Part shown: one piece after another, positions 1 to 14,098 of the stretch
Layout of the letters: each line of letters opens with the position of its first letter
Numbering within the stretch: the stretch's first letter is position 1
Source: Tubulanus polymorphus
Lineage: Eukaryota; Animalia; Nemertea
Assembly (NCBI RefSeq): GCF_964204645.1
Contig: NC_134029.1
Span: 4,588,001 to 4,652,000, forward strand
Direction: 5' to 3'
Length of the DNA stretch: 64,000 nt
The notes under the pieces: model-generated
Told to the model about the DNA's origin: nothing
Database searches by the model: none
Seen by the model: only the letters and a program-made list of their open reading frames with translations
Made by a program: the position numbers and the translations under genes

Positions 1-887
1 ACACCCAGTCACAGTTGCGCATGAACGAACGAACGAGAAAATAATCGAATCATATGACGTACATCCAAATGACCAAAAAACCAAAAAAATTCGTTCAGTG
101 TCGATTCCCATTCCTGAATACCAGTAGTTGCACTGCTGTTTTTGGCAAAGTGCCAGTGATAAAAAATCAAATTCTTCTATTTTTTCTAACAAATTTGATC
201 TTATTGCGATGTAGACAGTGTAGCGATGATTAGAGGGCATCTAGAAAACCAATTTAGAAGCAACATATGAATATCTTTCTCTCGATTGCCTTTCGGTCTC
301 TTGGCGTCTCATTAACTAGCCGTTGTTACATACACGCTGTCGAAAACCCAATCACCGGCAAACATCTATCTCCCGGTAAAAAACCAATTATCGACTTAAA
401 ACCAGACTCGATAGTGACCAACGGGCAAATCACGGCAAGCCCTACAGGTCCTGACTAATTTCGAACCTGTCAAGTTTGATCGCCATCCGATACGTGACCT
501 CGTTAAACAATATAGACTTGGCTTTAGTTCTGTAATAGGAACGGGGACAGGGTGAAGAACCAGTTCTGCTAAATTGTAACGAGACGAGCCTCCGGAACAT
601 GTAAGAAATATCTATTGAATTCTAAATAAGAAGAATAAAAACCAAATGAATAATATGTAAAACCATAGAAATAACTGAATAATCGTTCAGCTAGCTAGAA
701 CATAGACTAGGATATAAATTTTCTATAAACTACTGATATTCGGATATATCATTCTTATGTCCCAGATGACACCTCTCATTAGAGTATGAAAATGTGCCAT
801 TAGTGAGCTTATACTTTACACATTAAAAAGTCTCCTAGGAAAAAAGCCTAATGCACCACATGGATAAATTCGTTCATCACGTAACAA

Positions 888-1265
888 TGGGGAACCTACG
901 AACTCCCGTGGCAATCGACGATTCCACTTACGGCAGGCGAGGATCCACCAGGTTCGCTAGTGGTTACTCGGTCTTCTAAATTTCTTCTACATTCCAATTA
1001 GACTGGTTGCCGGTCTCTATCTTCGGTCTCTATTCTGACTGCGAATGCAGGTGGCGCATAATTGGACAGGCGACCAGTCTATATCCAATTAAAACTGGAA
1101 TGAGATTTTTCTTAGGAGTCAATCAATTTGTACTGGACACTATACCGATATCTGAGTGGAAGAATGAATTTATTGTATATTTGTTGGGGCCAGTGATAAT
1201 ATATGCATTCACGTGACATCAAGCGGGTCAGAGTGTCCATCTAGCGCATACGGCTAGCTGAAGTA
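888..1265 (+). mobile_element. Diverged copy A of a ~340-bp non-autonomous DNA transposon (MITE) family with CGGGGAAC termini; interrupted by a nested insertion
   Basis: Aligns by eye with 40960-41304, 62023-62360 and, on the reverse strand, 19595-19848. Shared blocks include GTGGCAATCGAsGATTCCACTTAyGGCArGyGAGGATCCACCAGGTTCGCTAG and CTGAGTrGAAnAATGAATTTA. The 3' boundary is approximate. Confidence 0.8.
999..1081. mobile_element. 83-bp hAT-like miniature inverted-repeat element nested in family copy A
   Basis: 17-bp TIRs TAGACTGGTTGCCGGTC (999-1015) and GACAGGCGACCAGTCTA (1065-1081), with 2 mismatches. The 8-bp flanks ATTCCAAT and TATCCAAT resemble a target-site duplication. The segment is absent from the paralogous copy at ~41070. 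Confidence 0.7.
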
Positions 1266-4200
1266 AAAAGTGGAGGTCGACGTCAGATATGACCTGATGT
1301 GAACAATACGCGTGACGTTTGCGGATAAGGTCGATATAGAGGTGCCACGACACCGATAATCGAGGCCTGGATTTAGTTGAGATCTCACGTAAATGTTCAA
1401 TTCCTCGTTATCCCACGTACAAACAAACAGTTCAACAACTATTCTGTTTTTGATGGACAATAACGTGTTCTTCCATCGACATGTAATTAGAGAGTTGACT
1501 GATTGCATTTACCCGGTGTACAGTGCTTCTCGACACGCGAATCACCGTCAGCGCGCATTTCAATTCGCTATTGATATTCATCCGAAATGCGAGGTCGATA
1601 GAAACTGCGCCAGTAAACAGATTCATTCATTGGTTGATTGCTTCATCAGGCAATATTTAATTCTCGCAATAAGCACCGCGTAAGAAGTTTGTTTGGTATC
1701 GGAAACCGATGAATGCTCATCACAATAAAATGGATGTAAAAGAACACAACACGAAACTAATTCATTACGTCAATTAACAGTGAATTTTCGAATAGAATTG
1801 TATTTTACATCATTAGTCGTGGCGGTTAGTTCGGTAGTTAATGGGGAATCGTTATTTTTGAGCAAGATCTCGATCGAAAGACAGCGGACACCGTTCAATA
1901 AAACTATCATACAAACATCCTTTCTAAAGCATTTAAAGAAGTTTTCAGTTACACTTCCCTTTAAAATGATGTACAAATTATGTTTATCAAACAAGGGACT
2001 GCAGAGCTAATTTATATTCTATCAAAACATCTGTGTAAAAAAGAAACAGCAAAATTTATCGCCACAATGGGGGACCTTGAGTGGCTACCACAACACGGCA
2101 TCTAGAAACTGGAAACTCCTTTTATTCGAAATGCTCGGAATGGTAAATTAACTGCTACCATTACTAACATGCTAACATGCTGACTATATTTCCCTTCGTT
2201 TTTTAAATGTTCGAAGATAAAAAAGTCCCCGAACTCGACACATGTATCGCAATCTCCTCGGATATACCACCCTGTACAGTGATGTGATTACTGTAAAAAC
2301 TCACTTTTGAAGTTTTCTGTTATTGACATAACTTTCTCTTGAAAAATCTTCACTAAGTCAACAGTTCGTAGTGTGCGCGTTACTTTGTGTGCTGTTCCTC
2401 TTTGAAAGATCTGCCGATTAGTGTCTATGACACTTCGTCTTGAGAACACATGGCGTTTTTCAATTAAATCTCGGCTTGTTTCTTGAAGCGAATGTAAACG
2501 TTCTCATTAGAAGTTGGCTGCATGTATGAGCGCGATATTTCAGCGATACAGATACCGGTCGTTTGCTTTACTTTCGATATAGTGATTCACGCCTGGAAGA
2601 GCAGCGAATTTATGCGAGGTAAACGGGGAACCTTGTCAAGATATAAAGAATTGTAAACACAAGAGTGAAATAATGACAACAAAAGAAAGGGTTAAAATAA
2701 AAGAAGTCATCAGGGATTAGGAGAATGAAGGTGGGTGGTTGTGGGATGTGGTGTAAAATTAGTTGCACCACAAACATAGGTTGACTTCATTATGGAGATT
2801 TTAGAGATAGTCTGATAAAGTTAAGATAGCAATGACAATACATATCGCAACAGATTTCTCTATATCTCATTTCCCATCAATAGTATCGTTCTCGGTATCA
2901 ATACATAAAACACCGAACTCGTGTCTTTCTTAAATCATCGTCGACATTTTTTTTTCATTTTTTCCCCATTAAAACCAAAACCGTAGAATCAACGATTTTT
3001 CAATGCGTAATTAGGTGACTCATGTTTTGCACGGGTTGTCTACCTCGCGCGAATCCCTCGCATAATAATTAGAAAGCCGTAAGAAAACTTCACATCCTTC
3101 AAATTTTGCCATCGATTTTTTCCGCGCACCGACTTGTATTTTCATTACGGCTACTTTGTTTAGTTCATCAAACAAGTTGTTTGTATCGAGCTAGACAGCC
3201 ATCTGTTACGTCTGTGCTGCAGAGAAATTCAGAGCGCAAATTTGCAGAATGTTGCATGCTCGCTTCATTACGTCGGCGGCTCATGCAAACTTTTAAATCA
3301 AATAAAACTCCACGCGACTGAGAGAACACGTCGCCATGTTGTAATTGGCTTTGATGAACGAGATTCAATCGAAATGATCAACATGTTAAACAAATTGTAA
3401 GATCCGTTCTTGATGACATGTTTAGCAACATGTACTCGTCTGATTTGTGTTTACACATGCTCGACGTGGAACGTTCGGCGAATTTCAAAGTCAGTTCTTC
3501 CGAATTTCGAGTCAGAATTTCAAACGAATAAAAGCCAGAATGAAATCAAAAAACTGGAATTTGACTTCTCAATTCGTGGTGTGAAATATAACAACCCGCA
3601 TATCGTCTAAGATATGGTCCTTGACCGTATATCAAGTAACTTAATCTTGGTTCGTTTTCTTCGGTATCTAACTGTGAGTAAAGAAATGACACACAAAAGG
3701 CTTTGTGTCAAAAATATCAGCTTTAGTCTTCTCTGAACAGCAACTATTGAAGTATATCCAGTTTTTGCGTAAACAGAGCTTTAACATGTACAAAGGCACT
3801 TGTAAAGGTAGAAAAAAGATTATGATAAGGCGCGCTGTAAAATTGACTGCAAAATTGACTTCGATGAAACTAGATAGAAACCTGGCATTGAATATCGAAT
3901 TAGTTGCATTCTTAGTCATGATTCAGCGTTCGATTTTCCTTTTTTTTCATACTGCATGAAGCAATCGTTAATTATCTATGATGTCCAGTACTATCGCGGG
4001 GTTCATTGTAGCATGTACACCGACCTGGCACTCGCTGACCGACAAGCAATATCGAGAATAACGATCTTTTTTAAAGAATGCCCCGATAATATCCTCGGTG
4101 ACTCGATCTCTGGCGAACCGGCGAAAAAATGACTTACGACCCGAATGGCCGTTTGACTTTTAGGCGACACGTTTTGTCCGGGGATCGGGATCTCGCGGGA

Positions 4201-7200
4201 TGTTCGTTTGGCGAGGAATAAAACGGGGTAAATATGGGAAATCAACGTATTCCGAACGGATACGTAACTCAATCATGTAATACATATGGAATTACCCATG
4301 TGGCCGCGTGGAAATAACTTTAGCCTGTGTAATACCAGCAGCTCTGCGGCGCTGTGAGCCTGTTGCGTTGCGTAAGCTAGTCGAATTTCATCAAAATAAA
4401 TACGCACCGGTCTTCAAATCGTGTGCGATGTCTCGTTAACTGAGATACGCAAATGGCGTCGGCGGTCTGTTGAAATTAGAAATCGAATTTAAGAACCATA
4501 CACGACGTCATCGTGCGTTCGGCTGTGAGTTTCTGAACCGAGGAGACTGTAATTGAAGCACGCGGGTGATAGATACTATCAGCGGCGGCCATGAACACAA
4601 GACAGAAAAAAACAGAATTCAAGATTCCAACCGTTTCAGCACGCGATTTGCATTGCTCGTGATCAGTGATGACGTCACCTGTTGATTAAAGTCATTCTAG
4701 AAACGGCGTCTAGAGACAGAGAGACAGCTTCAAAAAGAATCGAATCCGCATCGGATAAATTTACACAAGGGTAACTAGAATTCTAAAAACAACCAGTCCG
4801 ATCCGGCTGATCCCCGATCAGTTTCAAAAGTAAAAGACATCCCTTCAGGTGTAGATTCAGTGGCGCGCCAGAAGTCTGACGGTATTCGAAACTCCCACGA
4901 GTGGTAAAGCGCATCGGATACATGCTTGAACGAAAGGCCGCGCTAAGAATGTTCAGACGGGGGTCTCCGCAATTACGAACCCGGATGAACCGCAAGTCCT
5001 TTCTACCGAAACAATTCGCTTTCGCTTCTGATACATCTACCGGTTACATCTTCTGATTCTATCTATTTACAGAATGATCTCAACTGATTTTTTATCATCG
5101 ACCAAAATCACTCCGTCACAACAAACAGGGATGACGGAGGCTAAAATGCATTGAGTCGCAGATTCTTGATCCATCGCTGTTTACTTTCAATCTAATGGAA
5201 TGTACACGTAGAGCCATAGTCAGATCAATGGGAATTTCGACGAAATGCTTAAAAGTGTCTACATGTATTTCACGAAAACTTGTATTATTGAAAATGAAAG
5301 GAAAACTGTTTTTTTTCTGAACGGTTTTTAACGTTTTCAACTTTTACATCCTACACCACTGAAAGCCCTTAGATCTGTGATTTTTTAGAGATTAGTCTGC
5401 GCAAATTGTGCTGATGTAATTAATGTGTGTTTGGCACATCTTCCTGCCATAAACCGACGGAAAACTTGCCGCCGACGTCGATGATGCATTTTTCATTAGT
5501 TGAAATAGGTTTTACGGTGCAGGTTACATAACACTGATAATGCATGGCTTAGTCGTTACTTCATTGGACTAATTCATCTTCTTCGGTCACCGAGAAAATA
5601 AAGATGCATGAATATCGTGTTACTCCGTATGAGTAAGTCTTTCGAACGGTTAAAAGGAGGAAAGACATTTTCATTTAAAAATATTGAAATAATCTCCGTC
5701 GTGAGTTCATTCGTTGATTACTGAAAAACCGGTCGAAACTTTTCATCAGCCCATCGGTGTTCCGACAGGATCGATATCCCTGCAACAGTTTTTTCCGCTT
5801 CGATCTTCGAGTTCAACAACTAATAGAGTCGTGTATGTGTGTTGCGAGGGGTGTGAATCACCACTTTCTCTCCGACGCGATTTCTCCATTCGTCTGATTG
5901 TGCGAGAATCCAATGCCAAACCTCATCAGATTCTGCTCTGATACCAGGTGTAAACATTGCCGCTTATTAGGGATAAAATGATAATCCATACTCCCCTGAC
6001 TCATATCTCTATTGACCGACTCGTCGTGCAACAAACTTTACCGACGAGATGTTATCAGTTTTGTTACTATCAGATCAGATGGTTATCACTCTGGCCGGTT
6101 GCGTGGTATCGGAACCTGGTCACAGAAACAACCAGAAACCGTCAATATCAATAGTATCAACGGTATGTCATCTAAATGACCTGTTCCGTCGGTCGGTCGT
6201 AGAATAAAATGATATCGTATACATTTTATGATATTGATGGTCAAATCAGGACCACCTCTTCCGCGAGGTCTCACTTTTAAATCAGTAATTTCTAAGTGGT
6301 AGGAGCAGGGAATTAGATACAATGTTCCATCGTGCATATGCCTATCTATTATCGTATTTAGATGCAGTTTACGTGGCTTTTTATTTGAGAGAAATACAAA
6401 AGACAAAACCACCAACAACTTAAAATATAAAAACACCGCTATGGATTTCAAACACGAATTTGATGAAGAAGTAGAACTGAAAACCCAGCTGTCGATAGAG
6501 CGCCGAGAGAAGATAACTGCCCAAGGGCCAGTTTTTTTTTCTAGAAACCTACGAGTGAGCACTTGAGCGATATGCTTTCGATTTTCTCGATAATTGAGAA
6601 AGGACCTGAATCCATGAAAGTGAGTCATAATATTTACAGCACGAGTACTTGTCAATTTGTCCCCGGGGGCTCGGATTGAGAGTGCAACCGGTAAAATATA
6701 TCGAGGACTCATTCATCTAACTGGTGAATTTCAACTCAATATGAAATATGTTTTAGCCCCATTCGAGCATTGTATACCTTGTATTACATATATGGGAATC
6801 TTCGGATAACATTTCCAGTTATTTTTATAAGTGTCTCTACTGGAGTACATCTTCATGTTGGCGTATGGATCCACTGGCTGGTGATTTATGAATAGAACTA
6901 TCGAAAAAGACCAAAGATCTTTTCGGCGAGGCGTTTTTGCCATGTGTCAACGATACGTATTAAGGTATCGTTTTGCAGCCGTGCTTTTTCGCAATGGCCG
7001 ATACCATATTGGTGGCAAAAACAATAACTGATTTATTGACAGACGCTCAAAGTTTGTAAATCTATTTGTTGTTAATGTATAGCAAATCTCCAGTACTGAC
7101 GGGCAAACTATGACGTCACATGCAAGACCCCTATAGCCTTGAAATCTTCGTGTATTTAACAAACTCAATTTAACCGGAATACCAAATGGATTATCAACAA

Positions 7201-7890
7201 ATGCTATCATTACCATATGAACGAAGTGAAATCGAAGATATTCTCTGCCTACGTATCTTCCAGCTAAAAACGATGCGGATGGTCGGGTAATCATTATCTG
7301 TTGCTTGACGGTACTGAGAGTGGTACGCAGACAGAAAGATGTCCCATTATTTTACCAATTCATCTGAAAAATGCAATCGCACTGTGTGTTTATTCAGGAT
7401 AATGTTACATCTATCATAGAATCAATAGGGACACGACCGCAGATGAAAGGGTTGTCTCGAGACTAGGGTCTACAGATGGCTGCCAACTGGCGATTCCTGG
7501 GTTCAAATTCACTGGACTTCAGAAACGACACAGGAACCTCTTCAATTACAGTAATTGTGAGTTTGTACAACTCGGCAGTTTGCTGAATCGCGCTAAATCA
7601 CAGTGAACTCTCAAATTCTAACCTACGCGCCGAGGAAGGATTGAGCTATATTATGGCGATGGATCAACAAATGCATTCTTTCGATATTTTCAGCTAGTTC
7701 TATGCCACCTCATAAATTACACATAATATATTTACTGAGGCTCAAGAATAACTAGAGACTAGTTTAAGGCTATATACAAGGTCCTACCTACCGTAGTTTA
7801 TATTCCGTGGTTTCAATCATGTAAAATCTGTTCATTTTATGCTGTGGTTCTACAGTCGGGCTTATGGCTTCGCTTTTCTCATTTTCTCAG

Positions 7891-8132
7891 TTCCTCAGTG
7901 TCGGGGAGATCCACAGGGAATTGATTGTGTGTGTGAGAGCGTATTTTTACCGGTCGCATCCATCGATGCATCGTGAGAGAGACGAACTGATTATTCTGCA
8001 GCAGCAGCATTGAGCAGCTCTGAGCAGCAGCGACTGTGCACAGATTGTCAACACAGCACAACTTTCAGGATTCATTCAATCTGTTGATTTTGTATCGGTG
8101 AAGATCCACAATAAAGACTCTGATCATTCGAC
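7891..8132 (+). other. Candidate non-coding (5' UTR or lncRNA) exon
   Basis: Polypyrimidine tract and acceptor CGCTTTTCTCATTTTCTCAG ending at 7890, overlapping an Inr-like TCAGTT. Consensus donor AC|GTAAGT at 8133. All three forward frames contain stops. Confidence 0.45.
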
Positions 8133-10395
8133 GTAAGTAAAGATTCTTCGATCATTGAAATTAAAATATATGTAAACGCATAAACGTTTAGGACAAGAAG
8201 CCTCTAAGACGCATAGTGCAATTTCCACCACAGCTTATCTTGTCATAAATGTACCCCTGACCATGTTTTGAACATTTTTCAAGTCCTCGAATCGGTTCGT
8301 GGTCACTTTTAGATCTGTCCATTTATGAAGCACTATTCATAAGAATCACACAATCCTTCTCTGAAAATACCTTCAGTAACAGTAGCTCTTCAAATGTCTT
8401 GTCAATTTTCAAACGCTCTACATTATTACCTTGTTCAATATCCTGTAAAATCCTTGTCATCGCAATGCTATTTGGTCTATAAGTTAGTTCTGATTTTGTT
8501 CCGATGAAGACAACGTGGGTCAACCGAAACATGTTCACAACTTGTTTGTGTATACGTATGTAAAAAAAGGATCTGCAATGTTCGCCTTGGCGTTTTATGT
8601 ATTGACCCTCTGAAAGACGATTCGGAAAATGGTAAAAAATAGTCGGTTTTATTTGAAATAGCAGTGTCTATAAGTACACAGGGACCACGAAAAAGAAACG
8701 GGTTCCATATGGTTTTTGAGGTCGTATTCCGTGAACGTATGATGCAGAAGTAACTCAGAGCTGTGGAACGGGTCCGCCGGGAATCAACTACTTTTGAATA
8801 AATCTTTCCCCAGGACCAAAACAAGGCGAATCGTTTTTTTTAAATTTGTTATTAGCAGATCTATCAAAATATCACTTTCAGTTTGAACTTATCATCCACA
8901 AACTCGTGCAGTTTTATCGATACAGCTCGATCAAATCTTCTATTCTTAATGTAAAAATATCGACTTTGATGAGGTTTAGGGTCACTTTTCCTTGAGGACC
9001 GACCCGCTATCGGCGGCTACCAGATGAATTGTTGATTTAACTAGTTGATGCGTGGTAATAGTCGATCTATTTCGTCCCCTAGAGGTGCACAAACTATTTC
9101 TCAGCGCGACGCATAGCCATGTTTGTTTAACATTAATTGAGTTTTTAGCCGTGAACCGGTGCTGCACGAATCGATTCCCCTGCCTCCCTCCCTCACTTGT
9201 GATATCGAAGGGAATTCGGTGAGCTATCTTAAAGCTGAGGGTTGATCTAGCAAAGTTGGAAGCTGGAGGTCCAGAAGAAAAGAACGGGTGATACTCGGAA
9301 GTTAGAAATTGTGTGAAGTAAAACATTTGAAAAGATGCAATTTGTGTGAGCGTCAAAACAATGCACTGTTATTATGATCTTTGCTTTGACATTTTAACAA
9401 TATTAATCGTTAATGGAAAGGCATGGATCCGGACCCCAAAATACCCTCTCCATCCGCCTATTGCCCCTGTTGCAGGGGCTATGTAGAATAAACGGCAGAA
9501 ATTCGTTATTCTATAAACTTTCTATGCTACCCTTCCCAACCACAAGCATATGTATTTTGTTATCCAGAGATATCATTTTTACTTAATTGATCATGATTTG
9601 AACTGTTGTGCAAGGGCAAGTTGAAGGTCAATTCAAGTTCTCGCAATGCGCAGTTTTAAATGGAGATTCCGCGTGAATATGCGTTAATCTGCTTTTATCG
9701 AGTTCATATTACTTTCCACTCTTTTCCTTCGCTATATCATCAGTATTTCATCGGTACCATAAAACGTTAAGAGCGTTCGATAGATTTTTGATAAATCAAA
9801 ATAGTTCGCCAGAATTCCGAATTTCTCTTTTTCTGTCGTTGTGGCGAAATACGGCAAAAACTGAAAATGAATTCATCAGATTGAATCTATATGGAGAGAG
9901 AGAGGAGAGCGAGTATTTATCATCAGTGCGTAAAACCTTCAACGTCGCTGCTTCTGTTTCCAATATCGGCGTAATATTCGCCCGCAACAAATCCAATTTG
10001 TCACATACCGGAGTCGCGAGATATTCATCTCGGCTCGACGGCGGTGAAAAGCAATTTTAAAAAGCATCGATGCAGCAGCGAATCGGCAGAAAAAGTCTGC
10101 TTTATTTGACATATGACATGCGAATACGCGCTAGGACCCGATGGAACCTCGCCAACTCGGCAACAAGTTATAGTCATCTCTTGTCGTTTCATCACATTCA
10201 GACAATCAGCTTTTTCATTTCCCGGAGGTAGACAATTTGCACTGCACTGTTTGCAGCCGTCGATCGGCTTCATTATGTGTTTAGCATAGAAATTTATTAG
10301 TGCGAGAAGTATACTCTCTTTTTTGCTGTGATATTCGCGTTGAAATCCTAAAAAAACTCTTTTCTGGCGAAATAATTTCGTTAGAATCCAACTTC

Positions 10396-10510
10396 GAATC
10401 CAGTTCCACAGCCGTGAGTTAAGATTTGATGGTAGGGTGGGTAAAACACAGCAAATGAACTAATTTCAGCTCTCAGTTAACTCTAACTCAAAAATAATGC
10501 AACTGGATCC
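10396..10510. mobile_element. Short MITE with PIF/Harbinger-like termini (family B)
   Basis: TIRs GAATCCAGTTCCA and TGCAACTGGATCC, with inner inverted blocks TGAGTTAAGA and TCTAACTCA. Related sequence at 18917-19016 and ~60868-60945; end fragments at ~8750-8775 and ~25100-25180. Confidence 0.65.
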
Positions 10511-11340
10511 GGCTAATTAGATTGAATACTAAAGTACGTAAGATGTAAGTGAATGTGTGCTGGTTGCCAAAGCTTTGATAATCAAGCAACGTGTTTTGAA
10601 AGCTTTGCTAGATCTAAAAAGATCGGCATTTCGATTCAACATTTATATGGACGACGGGTGTTAATTGGTACAATTTTCTAACGAGAATTGCACTAGGGAA
10701 AAATCGCTTCAAAGCGTTTACTTTGAATAATATATAATACCGGTCCCGGAGGAGAACCGTTCGTTTCTGATACACGTTTATAGTTTCGATGCATTTTTCA
10801 TGACAACCTGTGCTCGGAATTTTCGACGACTGAACACGCAATTGTTGCAACATGTTCCGTCGTAAAAACTGTCGTAAATCTCGCCTGCAATTGCCGTAAA
10901 ACGGTCGCGATCATTACCAGCTAATAATCCGGGCAGACCATCTGTAACGGCGGGCGTCATCATCTTTAATGCGTAATAAAATAAATTGCAAGCGAAAGCG
11001 ACGATTTAGAATTGAAACGCGCATACGTTTCGCGATATTAAATCCGGTGAATTATTGCGGATTAAATTTGATATTTCTAGCAGCGATTTGTAAGCGAAAA
11101 GCTATTAGGCGCGTTTACCAGGCGGGACTGCGTGTCGGTGATAAGGGTGGATCCACGATTTACATCGGGCATCATAAATCAGTTTTAACATCATTTTAAT
11201 GGGCCTTACGCAAACAGAAACCCCCGCGACAGCGATTAAAAACTTTTTCAGACGCAGGAATGAAACACTTCTCAGCATATCCTAACGGCTGGTCTTCTGC
11301 TCCATCTTGCATGAAGCGAAGTTCACACTTCGTTTCCACC

Positions 11341-11556
11341 TTAGAACGTTCTAAATTCAGTCCGTTTCAATTCAGAACGGCCAAAGCGTTAACATTATCG
11401 AAAAGTCCGTTCTAAATTGTCTATCACAGTTTTGAGTCTGGTTGGACCATTCATAACAGCTCATTTAAAAACACAACATTGATTTGGTCTGTTTTGAACT
11501 GTACCGTCCCTCTGGTACATGCCGAATTAGTACGGACCAACTAGCGATGATTAGAG
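11341..11556 (-). repeat. Dispersed repeat rich in AGTCCGTTCTA motifs, copy 1
   Basis: The reverse complement of 11444-11508 aligns with 33480-33546. The terminal 15-mer TAGCGATGATTAGAG also occurs at 221-235. Confidence 0.6.
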
Positions 11557-13384
11557 TACACGCGGCCATGGTTTAGGCGGCCATTAAGTCAGATATAAGT
11601 CGAAATAGTGCGCACTATTGTCACCTAACCTCATCATAATCATAATCCATACATATGCACATGTATACCGGCACTATTTCCCAATGAAATCTGACTTAAG
11701 CCATTTAGGCTTCGTTTTAAGTTTTTTGAACGCGGGCAGTTTTTTTTACGGCAGAACCGGTAATTACGCAATGATGCGTCATCTAATGGCATTTATATTC
11801 GATATGATGATGCTCGAATGATGATGGTCCGGCCAGTTTCTTGCGCCGCTACAACTGACCATTATTAGATGTCGTGCGTTTTCCGTATCATTGGTTTACA
11901 ACGCAATAAAGATGCACAGAGCCGCGTTCTAATGGTCAATTTAGACGTTTTGATGGAATAACACGGCTACTGGGCCGTGCACGGCAGCATCCCCAGTATC
12001 CCTAATCTGATTGATATGGCATCACTTGTCATCAGGAATCCCGATGTAACTTCTGAGCATCGGGGAATATGCGAATTTATGGAGTTTACTTCCCAATACG
12101 TTAAATCAAGTTAGTGCACATTACGTGCCAAAATGTAACTAGAGTTTGTCAGAAATAGTTTGACGATAATCATTTTATCCCGGCCTGTTTAACGGTATGC
12201 AATTCGACTTCGAATTTTAAAAATAAACGATGACTTTCTTAGTGATCGATGTATTTAAACTCACGATTAATAATGTTAATTTCAACCAACGTCACCCTCT
12301 CTCAGCGACTTTTTCTTGTGTAGATTTGAAATTGAAAACTTCGAAAAAAGTAAGAGTCAAAGTTAAGCTCGCAGCTGTGGGTCTGATACACTCGAGAGCC
12401 TTGATCGTATTTCTCGCGCGCGTGGAGTTTCACGATACGTATATCATCAAAGCTGTCCTTTTTTCCAAGATGCAAGATGCGTAAGTATGATTCAGACTAT
12501 AATCTAGACGATATTAAGTCAGTCTATGATTACCTTCATGGTCCTAACTGATTAATCGGTCGCAGTTTATGTATCACCCAATCAACGGCGTACGAATCAA
12601 TCGCTTGTATATTCATTAGTTCGTCGACTCGTGGGAGCCGTATCGCCTGTTCGTCAGCCTCGCGGGTAAAATCGTTAGGACACGCGCGTTCTCAAAAAAC
12701 TACCTTTTTGCGTCGCGTTCATCCGTCGAAAATTGAAGAGCGTTGATTCGGCGACGTTTCGCGAAGGCATTATCGCATGTTTCGACGATCGTCAACGACG
12801 GTTTATTGCCCCCTGACTCACTGGTCAAGTTGACCGCAGTTGATCCGCAGATCATTCGAAATGATTTCGTAATGAATAAATGTATATTTTCATCTCGCCG
12901 ACGACGCTAGAATCTGATTGAAAATGGCACCCGAGAAAGTGACCATTGCCTTTGATGAAAAGACAAAAACTGCTCATCTGTGAATACGAGATGAATCTAT
13001 TGAAACTGAGGTGAAATAGTCTCAGATGTCGATATGAAGATGCTCATTAACACTGTCTAACTCAATCTTGTCTGACAGAGCAATGATAGTGTCGTATTAA
13101 GGAGATACGGTACACTGCACTCACCCTTAGTTACTGACATTGCGTAATCGATGAAGATCGTAATCGAACGCCGAATTGATGATGGAAACCTCCGATGAAA
13201 ATTTCTCAAATTGATTGAGGAATTCCTTCGTAGTAAGGTTGTTTCACGCTGATATGACGTCATCGAGGGAGCCCAGCCCTGGAAAATCCCGCCTTAGTAC
13301 ACACTCATGTGCAATGTTTCACCCAGAATAGGCCATTATATGCATTATATGGAAAGAGAAAGTCTAACGAATGCATGTATTCAT

Positions 13385-13520
13385 GGGCCGGTTCTAGGGT
13401 CATGGCTTTGACTTTTAACCAGTCTAAGGCTTAGTTCTACAGCAAATCAACCAAATTAAGAACAATCATGATTTAAGACCGATGTTGGACATATTCAAGT
13501 CTCGACTAAGGAACAGACTC
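13385..13520 (+). mobile_element. MITE family C copy (Harbinger-like GGGCC terminus, 3-bp CAT direct repeat on both sides)
   Basis: Aligns along its length with the reverse complement of 42604-42736. Degenerate TIRs GGGCCGGTTC and GAACAGACTC; CAT at 13382-13384 and 13521-13523. Confidence 0.65.
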
Positions 13521-14098
13521 CATAGGAGCTCTGTCGAGACATTTGTACACTCTTCGATGTGATAGGTGTGATATGATTGAACGTGTCCCCGTTAGGAGAG
13601 CACTGGGGGTATGTGACTGTGACTGGGAAATGAGGACTATCAATTCAGAAAGTTGCCATATTCCATCTGAGCGTAATTCCTCGCACTTTTGATACTTTAA
13701 ATATTGTCTTTGACAATCTGTGAATGGCTCAAGGACATTTCTGAGGTTGATGAGGCTATATTCAAGTTATTTGCTTCGCTTACACCATCTATCTCTTTTA
13801 GCGTTTTAATCTATTTTAAACTCTTCCGAGTCATCTATCATTTTATAAAATGTGACATTTGATTTATTTAGATTTCAAATCGTCGACGAGAAATGTCGCT
13901 AAATGATACGCTTTCACGGTATCCGATATAGATCAACAGTTGAACATTAAAACTATGCAGGCCTTAGTACACCGCCTTGATGGATCGTCTGTCAATGATT
14001 GTCACTTTATACATGATTTTATCTGGTTTCGTTCTATTCATACGTTGCCAGGTAATCGTCTTTTCATCCGCGACGCAACAATACGAAGGTTATCAACC

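Noticed and set aside
905-960. HDV-like ribozyme, suggested by TCCTCGC on the minus strand of the CGGGGAAC family
   Set aside because: P3, P1 and P2 pairings cannot be formed; the motif is better explained as a subterminal tandem repeat.
6086-6712. Longest ORF (208 aa, minus strand)
   Set aside because: No recognisable domain; the R/I/L/F-rich composition is typical of a chance frame in AT-rich DNA.
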